A DNA stretch of 56,145 bases, filler included, from Bipalium vagum (Eukaryota), in the NCBI GenBank assembly GCA_037834085.1. It is 3 parts of 3 records of this genome, joined end to end, with 100 filler letters (N's around TTAATTAATTAA, not from the genome) between each part and the next. Parts side by side here need not be neighbours in the genome. Positions count along the whole stretch, not along the records: positions 1 to 19,258 come from JBBMKC010006110.1; positions 19,359 to 36,898 come from JBBMKC010061554.1; 1 more part is not named here. One strand, written 5' to 3'. The translations under genes were made by a program, and so were the position numbers. Below are positions 12,190-25,811 of the stretch, piece by piece (within the stretch, counting starts at the first letter, position 1; each line of letters opens with the position of its first letter). The notes under the pieces were generated by a model. That model was not told where the DNA came from, ran no database searches, and saw only the letters and a program-made list of their open reading frames with translations.

Positions 12190-12900
12190 AGTAAATTAAT
12201 AATAGAAATAATTATAATTTATTTAACACAACAATAATATAATATTTTATGTTATCAGGAGCAAAGTTTCTATTTCTGGCTAAAAGGTTTTTTAGCATGG
12301 AAAAACTTCTTTCTAAACAGGGTGAGGTAGGTTGACATTTCACAAAGAATGAATATTCAATAGGCAAAATTGATTCTTTTTGCATGTGCTGTATTACGAG
12401 AAAACCACTTTTCACGAGTCTTGCTGCAACTGTTGGGTTTGCGATGATATCCTTTGCTCTCTTTGAAATCATGCCATCATCTTCAAATTTCTGAGAAATG
12501 CTTTTGATGGCCAAAAAGTTATCGCATAGTATTTTACAGCATTGATCCAACTAGCCTATTTTGTGACAATTGGTTTGGATGGCATTAGAATATTTTTAAA
12601 AATCCCCTGTCTGGTCTGGTCTTTTCTGATTAATTACACGGCCTAGGGTTTATTTAAGTTCTTAAAACCTTTCATTTATCTGGGTTTACTTTTTAATGAA
12701 ATTTTCATTAATCTGTTGAGTATCTCTTCTAGCACAACACAGTGTTCCTCGCTACTAAATTAAAAATATTTAAATTAAATTAAAATATCATTGAAGTAAG
12801 CCATTGCATACTCAATATCTTCAAAAATCTTTGTTATAAGCGCTTGTAAAGTCCTCATTACTGCAATGTAAAAGGCAGGCGGTTGAAACAAAACTGTTCT
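12190..12900 (-). mobile_element. hAT-like transposase C-terminal fragment
   Basis: ORF 12212-12550 ends in PTSPCLERSFSMLKNLLARNRNF, matching the hAT dimerisation-domain PxTSxxxERSFS motif. Upstream extent is approximate. Confidence 0.7.
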
Positions 12901-12955
12901 TCATTTGTTGAAAAAACAGTTTGTATTTAAATTCTTTATCAAGTTCGACCTGATA

Positions 12956-14171
12956 TTAGGTTGTAAAGAAATAAATGGTGGCTTTTAACATTGAACTACA
13001 AATGAAAAAATTACAGCTTAATTAAAATTTTATTTATAAAAAAATAGAAACCATTACATTGTACACATTTTCCCCAAGGAGTCAAAAGGTTTTTTATCTC
13101 AATTCTATAAAAATCTGGAGTTTTAGATGTCACAAAATCCTCAAAGTATTTAATGACAGCATCATGATTGAGAAAGGTTCTCTCAGTGAAGAACTTGTCT
13201 AAATATGTAAAGAAATAAAAATTCTTAGGCAAGAGGTCTGGTGAGTTAGCTGGGTGTGGCAGAATTTCAATATCAAACTGATTCAATTTTTGTAAGGTGT
13301 TAGATTGCCCGACTTATGGCCTGATGCTATCATGCAGAAGGAATAAGCCTTTTTCATTGACCAAGGATGGGTAGATACACTTCAGTTTTAGATACATTTC
13401 TTCAATTTCTACATAATACTTTTTGGGGGTAATTATTGGACATAATTTCACAACATAGTCACAAAAATCTTCCGTAGGTTTAAGAGGTTCCTTTCAATTT
13501 AACCACTGCTGATAACATCAGCGGTTGTCGTACTGGATTCACAACGGAGTCGAAGAAAGGTTCCTTTTTGGGGCTAAAAAGAAGTGATGACGACATTTAA
13601 AAACGACATTATTTTTGCTTTTCTGTCAAATCGTGTGGAACCTATTTTTCGAGTTTCTTTGACTTTCCTATTTTTTGCAGATGTCATGAAACAATTATAG
13701 CTGAAACACCCAGCACACAACTAAGCTCTCGAACAGTTTTAGGCGGATCAGTCTGAATCAGTTTCTTCAAATCGTCGTTGGGGATGGAAGATTCTCGTCC
13801 ACTACCATCTTCATATTAAATATTCTTATCTTCACTCTTAAATGTCTGAAACTAGCGTTGAGCGCTACGTTCACTACTGGTTCCATCTCCAAATATGCAG
13901 TTCAAATTTCGAGCGGTTTGTGCATCATTACCACCAATTATGTATTCCTAAAGAATCACTGGTCTAATTTAGATGTCATTCCTCTCGTTTTCAAATGCAT
14001 AAAAATTTTTTAGATAATTTTTTTTATTAAAATTTTTGTTGACTTTCCTTTTTAAAAGATTTCATTTTAAAATATAAGCAAATTTATATTAATGAAACGA
14101 AATTTCATTTAACAATTCATAATGCAAAAATGAAGTCATAAAAACCCGCTATTAATTTCTTTACAACTTAA
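12956..14171 (-). mobile_element. Full-length decayed mariner element (~1.2 kb) with both TIRs
   Basis: Left TIR ttaggttgtaaagaaataaatggtggctttt follows a TA; right TIR (reverse complement) is ttaagttgtaaagaaattaatagcgggtttt. The minus-strand transposase shows the HTH region, *VPHDLTE (WVPHEL) and LPHPANSPDLLP (YSPDLAP; ORF 13011-13286). Confidence 0.92.
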
Positions 14172-15139
14172 TGGAAAATGTTTTTAAGTCGATAGATCTC
14201 AAATATTTTGATCCATCAAACATATCCATCACTTCTTCAGTATTGGGCATTGAGAACGTTGGTCTAACAGTAACTATTGGGTTGAGTAAAAAGTCTTTTC
14301 GTATTTTTGCATTGAATCTAATAATCAAAATATTTCAAGTCTAATTAATTTAAAATTTGATAATTATATATATTTGTTATACATTAACTTATTTGAAATC
14401 TAAACAATACTTGATATTTTTTTGTTATTCTTATTATAAAGACAGGCCATAGGGAATTCAAAAACTGAATTGCACGATTGATATTATTTTCGAGTAGATT
14501 TTTCATTGTCTCTTTGCTCTTTTCTTTTAAATGAATTTGCTGTCACCAAGGTTTCACTTAAATTGAACCTTGCTTCATTTAAATTCTGTTACCAAATGTA
14601 TGCACCTGATATCCTTATTATCCGCCATGAGCATATTTTCATATTTCTTTAATAACATTTTAAATTTCTTTTTATCAATTTTTGTTTTTTGGAAAAATAA
14701 AATAACTTATTTAAATTATACTAAAGGCTGTAAATATTTTAATAATGAAACACATTTAAGTTTATTAGAATTTCAAAACTTACATTCTATATATTTTTTG
14801 AATTTAAAGATCAATTAGATAATCTATGTAATAAAGGAGTAGTTTTAACTTTACATATTTCAAAGTATAAGGGATTTTAAGTGAACAATAATGTTTATTT
14901 ATTACTTTACTTTATTACTTTTATTTATTAATTTAATGAAAATAAGTTTAAAATGTTTAATATAGAAATTAAGGAACAGGCTGTATAACATAATATTTAT
15001 TAATTTATTTTAACAAAATAGAAGTGTGTTAAATAAAATTATTATATAAATATAGTTAAGTGTTACATAATATGTTTTTGTTTGAATAGATACTTTTTAT
15101 AACTCTAACGTCTTTTCAATGTGTAATAAGGAGGAACTA

Positions 15140-15680
15140 ACTGGCGACTACAGCGAAAATGTACATTTTATAACCAGAAGCATGAAAAAAAAATAGCCAT
15201 GGACGCTTTACCATAAAACGCACAGGAAATTTTGGGATTTCAAATCAGACGATTAAACAGCAGAAGCTTTAATGAAGCTGAAAGATGGTTGAAAGATATT
15301 GAGGAATGGCTCAGTATGAGTGATTTATTTCTGGTCAACTTATTTAATCTACTATTATCTACTATTATTGTTTCAACCTTACAGAAGAGTTTCAAGACAG
15401 AAGCAACAGCAAAAGAAGAAGTAAAGTCGTGGTTTGCTGACACGTTTGTTGAGAGAAAACCAATAATCTATTTAATTTGCAAGTTGTCAGAAGTTAGAGA
15501 AAATTTGTATGAACGATTTGCAACTTTTGAGATTCTTATTCCTAAGAATTCTTTATCTTTAATTCTGGATTATCCCAAGAAGAGATCATTACCGAATTTT
15601 TAACAAAACGAGCTAGAAATGTCGGACTTCGAGATACTCTTGTCGAAGATATTCATAAACTCATTTTTAAATTACATAAT
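15140..15680 (+). mobile_element. Possible Gypsy gag remnant, interrupted by the Chapaev3 insertion
   Basis: TGGCGAC PBS-like motif at ~15142 followed by ORF 15232-15603 (FNEAERWLKDIEEW, gag-like). A TGTAA...TTACA-bounded AT-rich segment at 14827-15067 might be an LTR. Weak evidence. Confidence 0.3.
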
Positions 15681-15682
15681 AA

Positions 15683-17752
15683 CACTGATCAACAGTTATT
15701 TTGGATCAAGAATAAAAAAGTGACTTTTATAGATTGAGATGTGCTGATTTTAAATATTACATTTTGTTTTGCTGCATCACACCTAGATATTATGAAATTT
15801 AACTTTTGCAATATTTTAAATTTACAATTTGACCATATTTTCGCAACATTTTATCATCTGTAATATTTCTATTTTTCAATATTCGTTAAATTTTTTTCAG
15901 TAGGTTTGCAAATGACTCGATTATGTAAAAATATTGTAAAATTTTTTTGTTATATATGTGGACGACAATGTAAGGAAATAACATCTGCAGTTAAAAGATG
16001 TTATTATGCATATCTTGGTTGCCAGATTAGTGATCAAGACAAAAGTTTGGCTCCTCACAAGTGCTGTAAGACATTTTCTAATCGATTGAGTGATTGGTCT
16101 CGCGGAAAACGAATCTCCATGCCATTTACAGTACCCATGATATGGCGTGAGTCACAAAATCGTATTAATGATTGCGACTTTTGTTTACCGAAAGTACAAG
16201 AATATGTTGGAAATAAAAAAAATATATTAAATAACCAGATCTGAACTCGGATATTAGGCTGGCATTTCATTCGGTCGAACTCCTGATACCCTTACCGCCT
16301 TACAAAGAACAGGAAATGATTAAAATACCAATGTTGAAATAATGCTATCAAATGAGCATCACTTAATTACCAAATCAGAACTTAATGACCTTGTTAGGGA
16401 TCTTAATTTATCTAAAGACAAATCGGAATTTTTAGCCTCAACATTAAAAAAGTGGAATTTGTTTGCAAATGATGTCAAAGTTTCTTCATTCAGAGCCAGA
16501 AATAATCTCCTAACTGCTTTATTTAAAGAAGAAAACAAACCTTGTTTCTGTTCGAATATTGAATATCTGAAAGCTAATCGTGATCCAGCGGAGTGGCGTC
16601 TTTATATAAATTCACCAAAACGCAGTTTGAAATGTGTTTTCTTAGAAAATGGTAACAGGAAACCCAGTATTACATTGGCATATTCCGTTTATTTGAAAGA
16701 GACTTACAATAATATGACAGTACTTCTCCAAGCCATCAAACAACAAATATCAACGAAATATATGTGAAGATCTGAAAGATATTGGATTGCTTTTTGGATT
16801 GCAAGGTAGATTTACTAAGTACTGTTATTTCCCGTGTTTATTGGACAGTAGAGCATTATAATAAAAGGCAATGGCCGTTGAGGTGTTCATTTGAACCAGG
16901 ATCTAACAATGTTCGATACTTACCTTTGACTGATGATAGAAAAGTGCATCTCCCAGCACTTCATGTCAAATAAGGAGTAATGAAGAACTTTGTGAAAAGT
17001 CTAGACAAGAACAACGCAGAATTAAAGTACATGAGAATGAAGTTTCCACAAATCAGTGATGCTAAAATAAGTTATGGCATTTTAATAGGACCTCAAATAA
17101 GGAAAATGATGAATCATTCAGGTTTTGCAAGAAGCATGAACGAAATGGAATTAAGTGCTTGGAGAGCTTTTCAAATAGTGTGCTACAACTTTCTTGATAA
17201 TCATAAAGCTAAAAATTATAAACATTTGGTGGAAAATCTATTGAACACGTATCACTCTCTTGGATGTAGAATGTCCTTGAAAATGCATTTTCTGCACTCG
17301 CATATAGATTTCTTTCCTTGTAACATAGGTGATGTCAGTGACGATCATGATGAACGGTTTCACAAAGACATTTCTCAAATGGAAAAACGGTACCAAGGAA
17401 AGTGAAATTTTTCAATGATGGCAGACCACTGTTGGAGTATTCAGTGTGAAACAGAACATGAAAATTATACAAGGAGATCCAAAAGGGCTTCCTTCCAGTC
17501 AAACGCTTGAGTTTATTTTAGTTATGTCTATTAGGTCTGTTTTTAGTTATGTCACTTATGATTTACAAATATACTTTTGTGGTTATGGTCTCCTTATTCT
17601 TTATTTTATGAAAATACTAAAATTCGATTATCTCAAAATCTGGATGTGATATGAGAATTTCAATGACAAATTTGGAACCAGCATGAGAAAACGTGTAGGA
17701 AACCACTGCGATTTTTATTGCTCCTTAAAAAGTCTAAAATTGTTGTTCAGTG
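15683..17752 (+). mobile_element. Near-full-length Chapaev3 (CMC superfamily) DNA transposon with frameshifted transposase
   Basis: Termini CACTGATCAACAG... and ...TTGTTGTTCAGTG (imperfect TIRs, CAC..GTG), flanked by TAA and TAT. ORFs 15906-16244 (FCYICG...DQDKSLAPHKCC...MPFTVPMIWRE...DCDFC), 16342-16767, 16782-16973 (LPALHVK) and 16980-17405 (MKNFVK...GPQIR...MSLKMHFLHSH...SDDHDERFHKDI..MEKRYQGK) are diagnostic Chapaev3 motifs. Confidence 0.88.
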
Positions 17753-18439
17753 TATTTAATTATAATAAATTATTATTAATAAATCAATAATTAGTAAGTG
17801 TAATTAATTAAAATTGTACCTTTTAAAATGTATTATTTAAACAAAATTGCATTTATAATTTGCAAATTTTTGCATTAAGTAATTCATAAATATTTCAAAA
17901 TAATGCCAAAAGTGCAATAAAATGCATTTGGTTGCCATAGTGATTATAAATATTTTATTCCTTATCTGCTTTCATTTTTTAATTTAATAGAAAGTGAAAT
18001 GGTTTTGCAATATAAGCACGTTATAAAAACTGATCTATGGTGCTTGCTACATGGGGTATTTGAAAAATAAGCGAAGTTCTTCAAAAGAATGGAATACACA
18101 AATGTCCAACAAAAATCAAGCCCAAAGCCCAAACAGTGAGTTTTCAATAATATTATTATTTTATATTAATTTATAGGTACTTATAATTTTTTTTCATCTG
18201 ATGATAATTGAAGGAATGAAAGTGGCTCTAAGTAGCTCTATCCGAAAAAGTAGACGACACAGATTGAGAAAACAAACAAAATGCCGATTTAGATGTCCAT
18301 TTTCATAAGAAATTCTTGGATGCATTATTTCACCTTTGAATCGGTGAAGATTTAGATCTAAGAATTTTATGGATTCGGTTCTAGTGTTTATATAATTATT
18401 TTCTTTTAATGGTAATTCCGGGTGACATAAAATTTAGAT

Positions 18440-18460
18440 TTATTATTATTATTATTATTA

Positions 18461-18499
<39 letters not shown>

Positions 18500-18585
18500 T
18501 CTTATTATTTCTTATTATTATTTCTTATTATTATTATTATTATTATTTATTATTATTTATTATTATTATTTATTATAATTGTTAT
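18440..18585. repeat. (ATT)n imperfect microsatellite
   Basis: Direct reading. Similar tracts at 19359-19460, 23393-23435, 25765-25812, 36595-36651 and 47840-47867. Confidence 0.95.
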
Positions 18586-19258
18586 TAATATATGGTGTTG
18601 TCATATATGAAAATAAAAGCTAATCAATTCTTTTATCTGGCTCATATATTTATGTGACAAGTTGTCATCCACGCTCACTCATCACTTTCGAAAGATGGAT
18701 GATAACTGATTTCAATATTGATCGTTATTTTATACTGGTTGCAGAAATTATTCATTAAAATATTTATATTTTCCTTTTTATTATTTAATTTTAACACTAT
18801 CGCGAATATTATCTTAATAAATCAACATTAATATAAATATTTTTCTAATCTGTGAAATTCAATAAATAATATACACATTAACAAACAATATTAAGATTTT
18901 GGAAATTTTTTCGATTTGTCAAATAAATAATAATTATAAGAATAATAATAATAATTTATTAAATAAAGCAAAAAGATTTTATAATCAAGGTAGCGTTAAA
19001 AGTTATGAAAGTGTAAATGAAACAACGGGAATATTTTATCGAAATTGCTTTTATTATTGAATATAGTCTATTAATTGGTTAACACACGAAGTCCAGTTCT
19101 TCTCCAATAATTATGTTGGGTTTACCAAGACACCCCCCGGAAAAAAATAAATAATTAAAACTATAAATAATGTATAAATAATAATATTAATAATAGTATT
19201 ATTATTAATAATATTAATAATTAAAAATTAATTAATACTTGAAAGTCATTGAAAAATT

Positions 19259-19358
19259 NNNNNNNNNNNNNNNNNNNNNNNNNNNNNNNNNNNNNNNNNN
19301 NNTTAATTAATTAANNNNNNNNNNNNNNNNNNNNNNNNNNNNNNNNNNNNNNNNNNNN
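19259..19358. other. Assembly gap with artificial all-frame-stop linker (N44-TTAATTAATTAA-N44)
   Basis: Exactly 100 nt and identical to the second gap; TTAATTAATTAA has stops in all six frames. Confidence 0.97.
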
Positions 19359-19437
<79 letters not shown>

Positions 19438-19544
19438 TAAAAATAATAAAAATAATTATTATTTTAATAATTGGTTTTAATAACAATCGATTTTGATAAG
19501 CAATAATATCATTAAGCGTGATTTTAATATTGATTTTAATACTT

Positions 19545-20716
19545 TTGAGTTGGTGGGAATGTTTCCGCCGATTTATTTTCATTATTTAAAAATCAAGATG
19601 AAAGTTCTATTTTAAGGTTTATTCAAAAAATAATGTCTCATTATTAGTGATCCTCTCCCATCTTTGTGGTAAACACTAAATGACATCTCTGAAGAACATC
19701 TCTTTTTCTGATTCAAAGAAATCTTCCATGCCTTGTCGACAGCACTCTTGTCCTTGAAATCCTGTCATATCAGGAGTACTACATTGATCTAAATAAATAA
19801 AAGTCTACGGATCAATGTCAGGTTTGTATGGCGGGTATGGAAGGAGTTTCCAGCGAAATTCTGTGATTTTCTAATGACTGAATGCGACCACATGCGGAGT
19901 CTCTATGGAGTATGGTTCCTTTTCTATTTAACAGCGCCGGTCGTTTCTTAATCAATAACTGCCTCAAATGATCTAATTATTGGTATCATATTTCGGCGGT
20001 AACTGCTTGGCCCATCTTTTAATATTCATGTCCAACCAGACATACAACATTACTTTCTTTGGGTTTAGTTAGATGTAGTTTGCAGAACTTGGTCTTTGCT
20101 TATCCATTGACATCTCTAGCTCGGATTGATAAGGATAATCATTTTCTCACCACACGATCAAGAAATGGACACAATTTCTGTCTGGAAAGTAATGAAAACG
20201 AGGTAGCAATTATTTGCAAAAGGTTTTTGTTGAGATATTTTGTGCGGAACCCAAACAGTTTGCAGAAAAACTTCCAAAAAACCTCAAATAGATAAAATCT
20301 GTTGTTTAATGTTTACCAAGAATGTGTCCCAACTAACGAGTCGTCATCTTCAGTTCACAATCGATTGTCTCAAAGCATCGTTGTCCAGTTCTTCAGAATG
20401 ACCCGACTTTGGTAGATCATCAGGATAGAGATTATTCCATCAGAAGCGAACAAATCATTAATGAACTGTCCTTTTAGATATAACATTTGGATATACTGCA
20501 CAAATATTTGGGGTAGTGTCCGCGGAATTTGATCCGAGACAAAACTCATAGAGCATTTGAAGAAGTTAAAATAAAGTTTTTAAATGATTTTAAAAGAAAT
20601 TGATTATTTTATTGAATCATTTATCAAATTATTGAAACTTTTATGAATGATATAGTACAATAACTGGGTGACTTTATTAATGAAATAAATCGACGGAAAC
20701 ATTCCAACCAGCCTAA
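19545..20716 (-). mobile_element. Full-length decayed mariner element (~1.17 kb) with both TIRs
   Basis: Left TIR ttgagttggtgggaatgtttccgccgatttattt vs right TIR (reverse complement) ttaggctggttggaatgtttccgtcgatttattt, which is followed by TA. Minus-strand MLYEF..G.N HTH start and WKLLPYPPYKPDIDP (HPPYSPDLAP). Confidence 0.9.
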
Positions 20717-20792
20717 TATTAAGATTTTCAAATTATAAAAAAATATATATATAATAAATGAAATAAAAATTAAGAAAAAATATTCAAAGTAC

Positions 20793-23390
20793 CCTCGTAT
20801 TATTTCTTTCGGCTTTCAAATCAGAAATCTCCTCATCCCTCTGTTCGAGACATTGACGTAATTGATTAACTTCCTTAGTCAAAGCTGCAACCTCCTTCGT
20901 GAAAAACGTTCAATAATAATATGTTCTTAGTAAAAAAGTTATATTAAGTGTATCATATTGAAAGAAAATAGCTGAACGATTCTGCACTGACACAGTTGAA
21001 CATCAATAAAGCAGGAAAAAATCAAAAAAAACAAAAAGGGCAAAATTTTAAAATAACTCCGATGAATGGATCAAAAAGTTTTGAATTAAAAGATTTTTTT
21101 GATGTTATCACGTTGCATTTTCTGACTTAAAGGGTTTGATAATTTTTAATCAATTAAGAAAATTTTATTTTTCGAAAATATTTTTCTGTATTTAAATTTT
21201 TAAATATTTAATTAATTCGTGAAATATTATTTATTAATATTTAAAATTCTTTTTTATTTTCTTAAACGTTATTATTTATAATTTTTTTTCAAAATTAATT
21301 AATAATCAATTTCAATTTTATTAACAAATCAATACTCATAAAATTATCATTTTATTATTATTAATGATTTATTGATAATTTTTATTAATTATTTTTAATA
21401 TTTTAAATCGTTTTATTTGTTGAATTTATAATTTATATTTGAAATTGCTTATTATGATTTGTTTTTAGAATTTATTACTTAATATTTATTGGTTAATATA
21501 ATTTTTTCTTTTTTTTAATTTTCTTTCTTCATTATTTTTTGGATTTTTATTTATTTCTTTTAATATTTAATTATAATTTATTCGTCATTTAGAATAATTC
21601 ATTTAAAGTTAAATAAATTATTCAATTTTCTCAATTTAAAAATTTAATTTCCTTAAAAATTTATTATTTATTTAAAATTAACTAAATTAAATTTTTTAAT
21701 AGAAATTTTTTTTATTTTGTCTATTGTTTATTTATAATTATCATAATATTATTATAATTACTATATTTTAATTTCGTATTATTTATTTAATTTTAATTAT
21801 ATATTATTTTAATTATATTTAATTTTAATAATATATAATTTTAATAATATTTAATTTTAATATTTAATTTTATTTTAATTTTATTTAATTTCAGTTTTTA
21901 TTTAATTTAATTTTCATTTAATTTTATTATTTATTTAATTTCTCTTTTTCTTCTTTTAAAAATTCAACCAAAAGTGAAAGACCTGTCGAAATTAATGAAG
22001 AAATTACTAAATAAAATGAAAAGTTTTTAATGAAAAATTACTCAAACGAAGCTCTTTGAGAGTCGAAACGGAAGCAAAAGAACTGTCCTGCTTCTTTTAG
22101 AGCAAATGGGAATCCGTAAGTTATGTAGCACATTCGTGCCGAAATTTTTAACAGCTGAGATGGAAAAGTAGCCTGTGAAGAGAATCTTCGTCTTCTGAAT
22201 ACAGTCTGACCAATCATTTTATCGAATATAATAACTGCAGACGAGACGTCATTGAATATCCATCTTATTTAATCTAAAAGGGAGTCAAAGGAATAGGGTT
22301 TTGAAAATGATTTTCCATTTAAGATCTTGCGTCACGGAATTTCACATCGCAAATGGGTCATGTTGAACTTCTTTTGAGATAGAAATGCCATCTTGAAGTT
22401 AGACTTTACTGAAGAAATCTTAAATTAGGATTTCTAAAGTAATCTTATATTTGAAACCAAAAACATCGACCCAAGCGATACAACAGAAACTTCTTTTGCT
22501 CTATAAAACGATCCTATTCATCTATTCAAGAAAACACAAGACTCATTAATAAAAGATGGGTTTGTTTAAGTGGATCATCCTACATAAAGTCCAGAACTTG
22601 CATCAAATGATTTTTGGTTGTTCAAAAAACATATGCGGGGACTTAAATTTATTTCTAGTGGTGATATGAAGAAAAACCTGGCGAAATTTCTCATGGAGAG
22701 GATCACAATTTCTTTGAAATAGGCTTCAATGGAATGGTCAACCGGTGGAAAAATGCGTCAATGTAAAAGCCTATTACATTGAAAAATGAGGCGTAAAATG
22801 TATCCTAATATTAGGTTGTTCGGAAAGTCACTTCGTTTTTTAATACCTATCTTTAAATCTTAATTTAAAGCACTTAGGTCATTTAAAAGGTATAAAATGT
22901 ATGTGTATTATAATAATTGACGGATAAAGTATGTTAAATTGATTCATTTGTTTTAACTCATTAAATTATTTATTTAGGCGACATGTTTGAAATGAATATT
23001 CCAAACACCCATTTTAGACATATTTTGTAATATTATTACCGGAAGGGAAAATTGCAGCACAAAGCCAGCGAAAATTATTCGACCTATATTGCGAAGATTG
23101 TATTAGCATACGTCAATGTCAAATTTGATTTTCTTGGTCCCGTTTGGGAAAATTTAAGCTTGAAGAAAAACCACATAACGGAGGGCCACTAGAGGCTGAT
23201 GATGAGGAAATAAAGATGTTAGTAAAAGAAAAACTCGGGAAATTGGAAAGTCATTAAGCCATGCAAATTCATCAGTCTATACTCATTTGAAATCACTTGG
23301 ACTTGTCTCAAAGCTTGATGTTTTTGTTTCCCACTGTTTAACAGAAAAAATCTTAATCATCGTGTTGAGATATGCAGAGATTCGCTTTTC

Positions 23391-23437
<47 letters not shown>

Positions 23438-25761
23438 AGTACATTAGCAAAATATATAATCGAAGTGAAGATATTACTTTCGTAACTGTTCCCTATTAGA
23501 TCATATCTTTTATTAAGTCCCTTAATGAAGCCAAATTATCCATTTGTTTATTTTTATGGATTTTTTTATTTCCAATAATCTCCAGATTGATTTACAATTT
23601 TCCATTCAATTTGAAGTGCAACAAGATAAATATTGATCCCATTATTGTCTGTCTATCATCAAGCCTCTTATCATCAAAATTGCCCATGGTTATTGTCCTA
23701 TTTAGATATAAATAAAATTATGCTGTCCCTGAAAGGGAAAAAATTAAAGATTAACAGTCCTCAATTATCTTTAGGAATATTAAAATGTGTTGTACTCAAA
23801 TTCGAAAGATTTTCTTGAACAAGACCTTTGTGGTTTAGGTCAAATTTGATAAAGAAATATTCCTTGGTCATATTAATTTAGAAAAACGATTTTAACCCCA
23901 CCACCAATGTTTAATTAATTTTTCATTTGGAATATTACTTCGAAAGAATCTATTCTCTTAAATTTCCATATTTTTTCCATTACGACCAAATTATAACAAG
24001 AAGAAATTAATAATAAATTAAATAAAAAACCATAATTAAAAGTTGCATGGACGATTTTATCTAATTAGACTGTGATGAAAAAATAAACATGCGCAACATG
24101 TAATTGGTTAATGTTTATATTTACATGCACAGGGATATGTTTATCAAATGGGAAATATCGACTTGATGGATCGCTTAAAAGCGATAAATATTTATTTTAG
24201 CACTCATGTATGTCAAAAAATCCTTTTATCTACATCTCCATTTCTTTCTCCTTCCGATCAATATAACGTTTCAAGCCACTCGTGAAATTCGTGTTAAAGT
24301 ACCTTGAAAAAATCATCATTTATTTTAAATCGATATTTCTATTGGCACAAAATGTGATCGTTAAATAAAAATTAATTAATTATTGATTAATAAAATTTTT
24401 ATTCATTTATTAAAACACCCGTTTATTTTAAATCAATATTTCCACATTGATGTCCATTTAATGAATTTAATTGGAATTTAAAATCACCTCACTTAATTAA
24501 ACTTTGAATTTAATTTATTATTTATTTATTTATTATTAGTTTCTGCCCGGATTTTTCAACGTTTTTTTTCTTTTATCACTTATATCCTATCAAATCAAAA
24601 GTAATTCAAGATTTCAACCAGGGCAATAAATTTAAAATTTTAAAAAATCATTTTTAATGATTTTTAATCAATAATAAAAATTCTAATCAATAAAAAGAAA
24701 TTAATCAATACTTTTTAAATTAACAAAATAATTGTTAATGGAAAATAATTAAAATGACAAATGAGAAAGATAAAAGAGAGAAAAGACAGAACAGAAATCT
24801 CAGCACGGATAATAATCAATGACAAAATTAGGGGGAAATCCTCATCAGATTTTCTGTGTCATTTATCGTCAGATGAAAAAATGCATTGTTTCTTGTTTTC
24901 GTTATCCTTCGTCTTGTGTTTTATTTGTTGAATAATCAATCACGAAATAAGCCATCCCTATAATCTGTGCTCACCGCTCCGCTCCTCTCTGCTCTCTCCC
25001 CGAAATCAATGATGATCATCATCATAAATATCCTAATTCCATACAATTATCATCGAGATTAATGATAAATTCTTTTCTTTCATTATCGTAGCCAAATAAA
25101 AAGGAAAAATATTCTGCAGATTTTTTCTGACAATGAAAATTTAATTATTTATATTAATATAAATTACAATTTTCCCCCCGAAATAATAAAGAAAATTTTG
25201 CGCAATGTATTTTTTGACAGAAGTGAGAAGAAAATTATTTCCATTTCTTTGATATTATTTTAATATTATCACAGTTTGGAAAGAATTTATTTACACTATA
25301 TTGGATTTCGATTATTTTTTGTCAATTATTAAAGTAATAATAATAATATATATTATTATATTATTATTATATTTAAAAACTTACAATTATATTTGTAAGA
25401 ATTAAATTTAAATAATTATTTTAAAACTAAATTTTTATAAATTTATAATTTTAAGCTAATAAATTAAACAACATCAAAAAAAATTTAATAAATTTAATTA
25501 AACAAATTAAAAAAAAGAATTCAATAAATATCAAAAATAAAGATTTTTAAAAATAGATCTATAATTAATCTCATAATTAAAATAAATGATTGATTTGTTT
25601 AAAATATTAAATTCAATAAATATTCAATAATTTTCATAAATAATTATTACATTAAATTTTGATTTAATGAATTCAAACAATACGGATACTGTGGCAATTA
25701 AAAACAATAATAATAGTATAAAAAATATTTATTGATAATAAAAAAAATAATAATCAAAATT

Positions 25762-25811
<50 letters not shown>

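Noticed and set aside
19303-19314. TTAATTAATTAA palindrome between N-runs (also 36943-36954) as a biological motif
   Set aside because: Identical 100-nt construct at both gaps with stops in all frames; it is a scaffolding linker.
19307-19582. Poly-Ile ORF (and poly-Leu ORF 23287-23499)
   Set aside because: Translation of (ATT)n microsatellites, partly running into a gap or mariner sequence.
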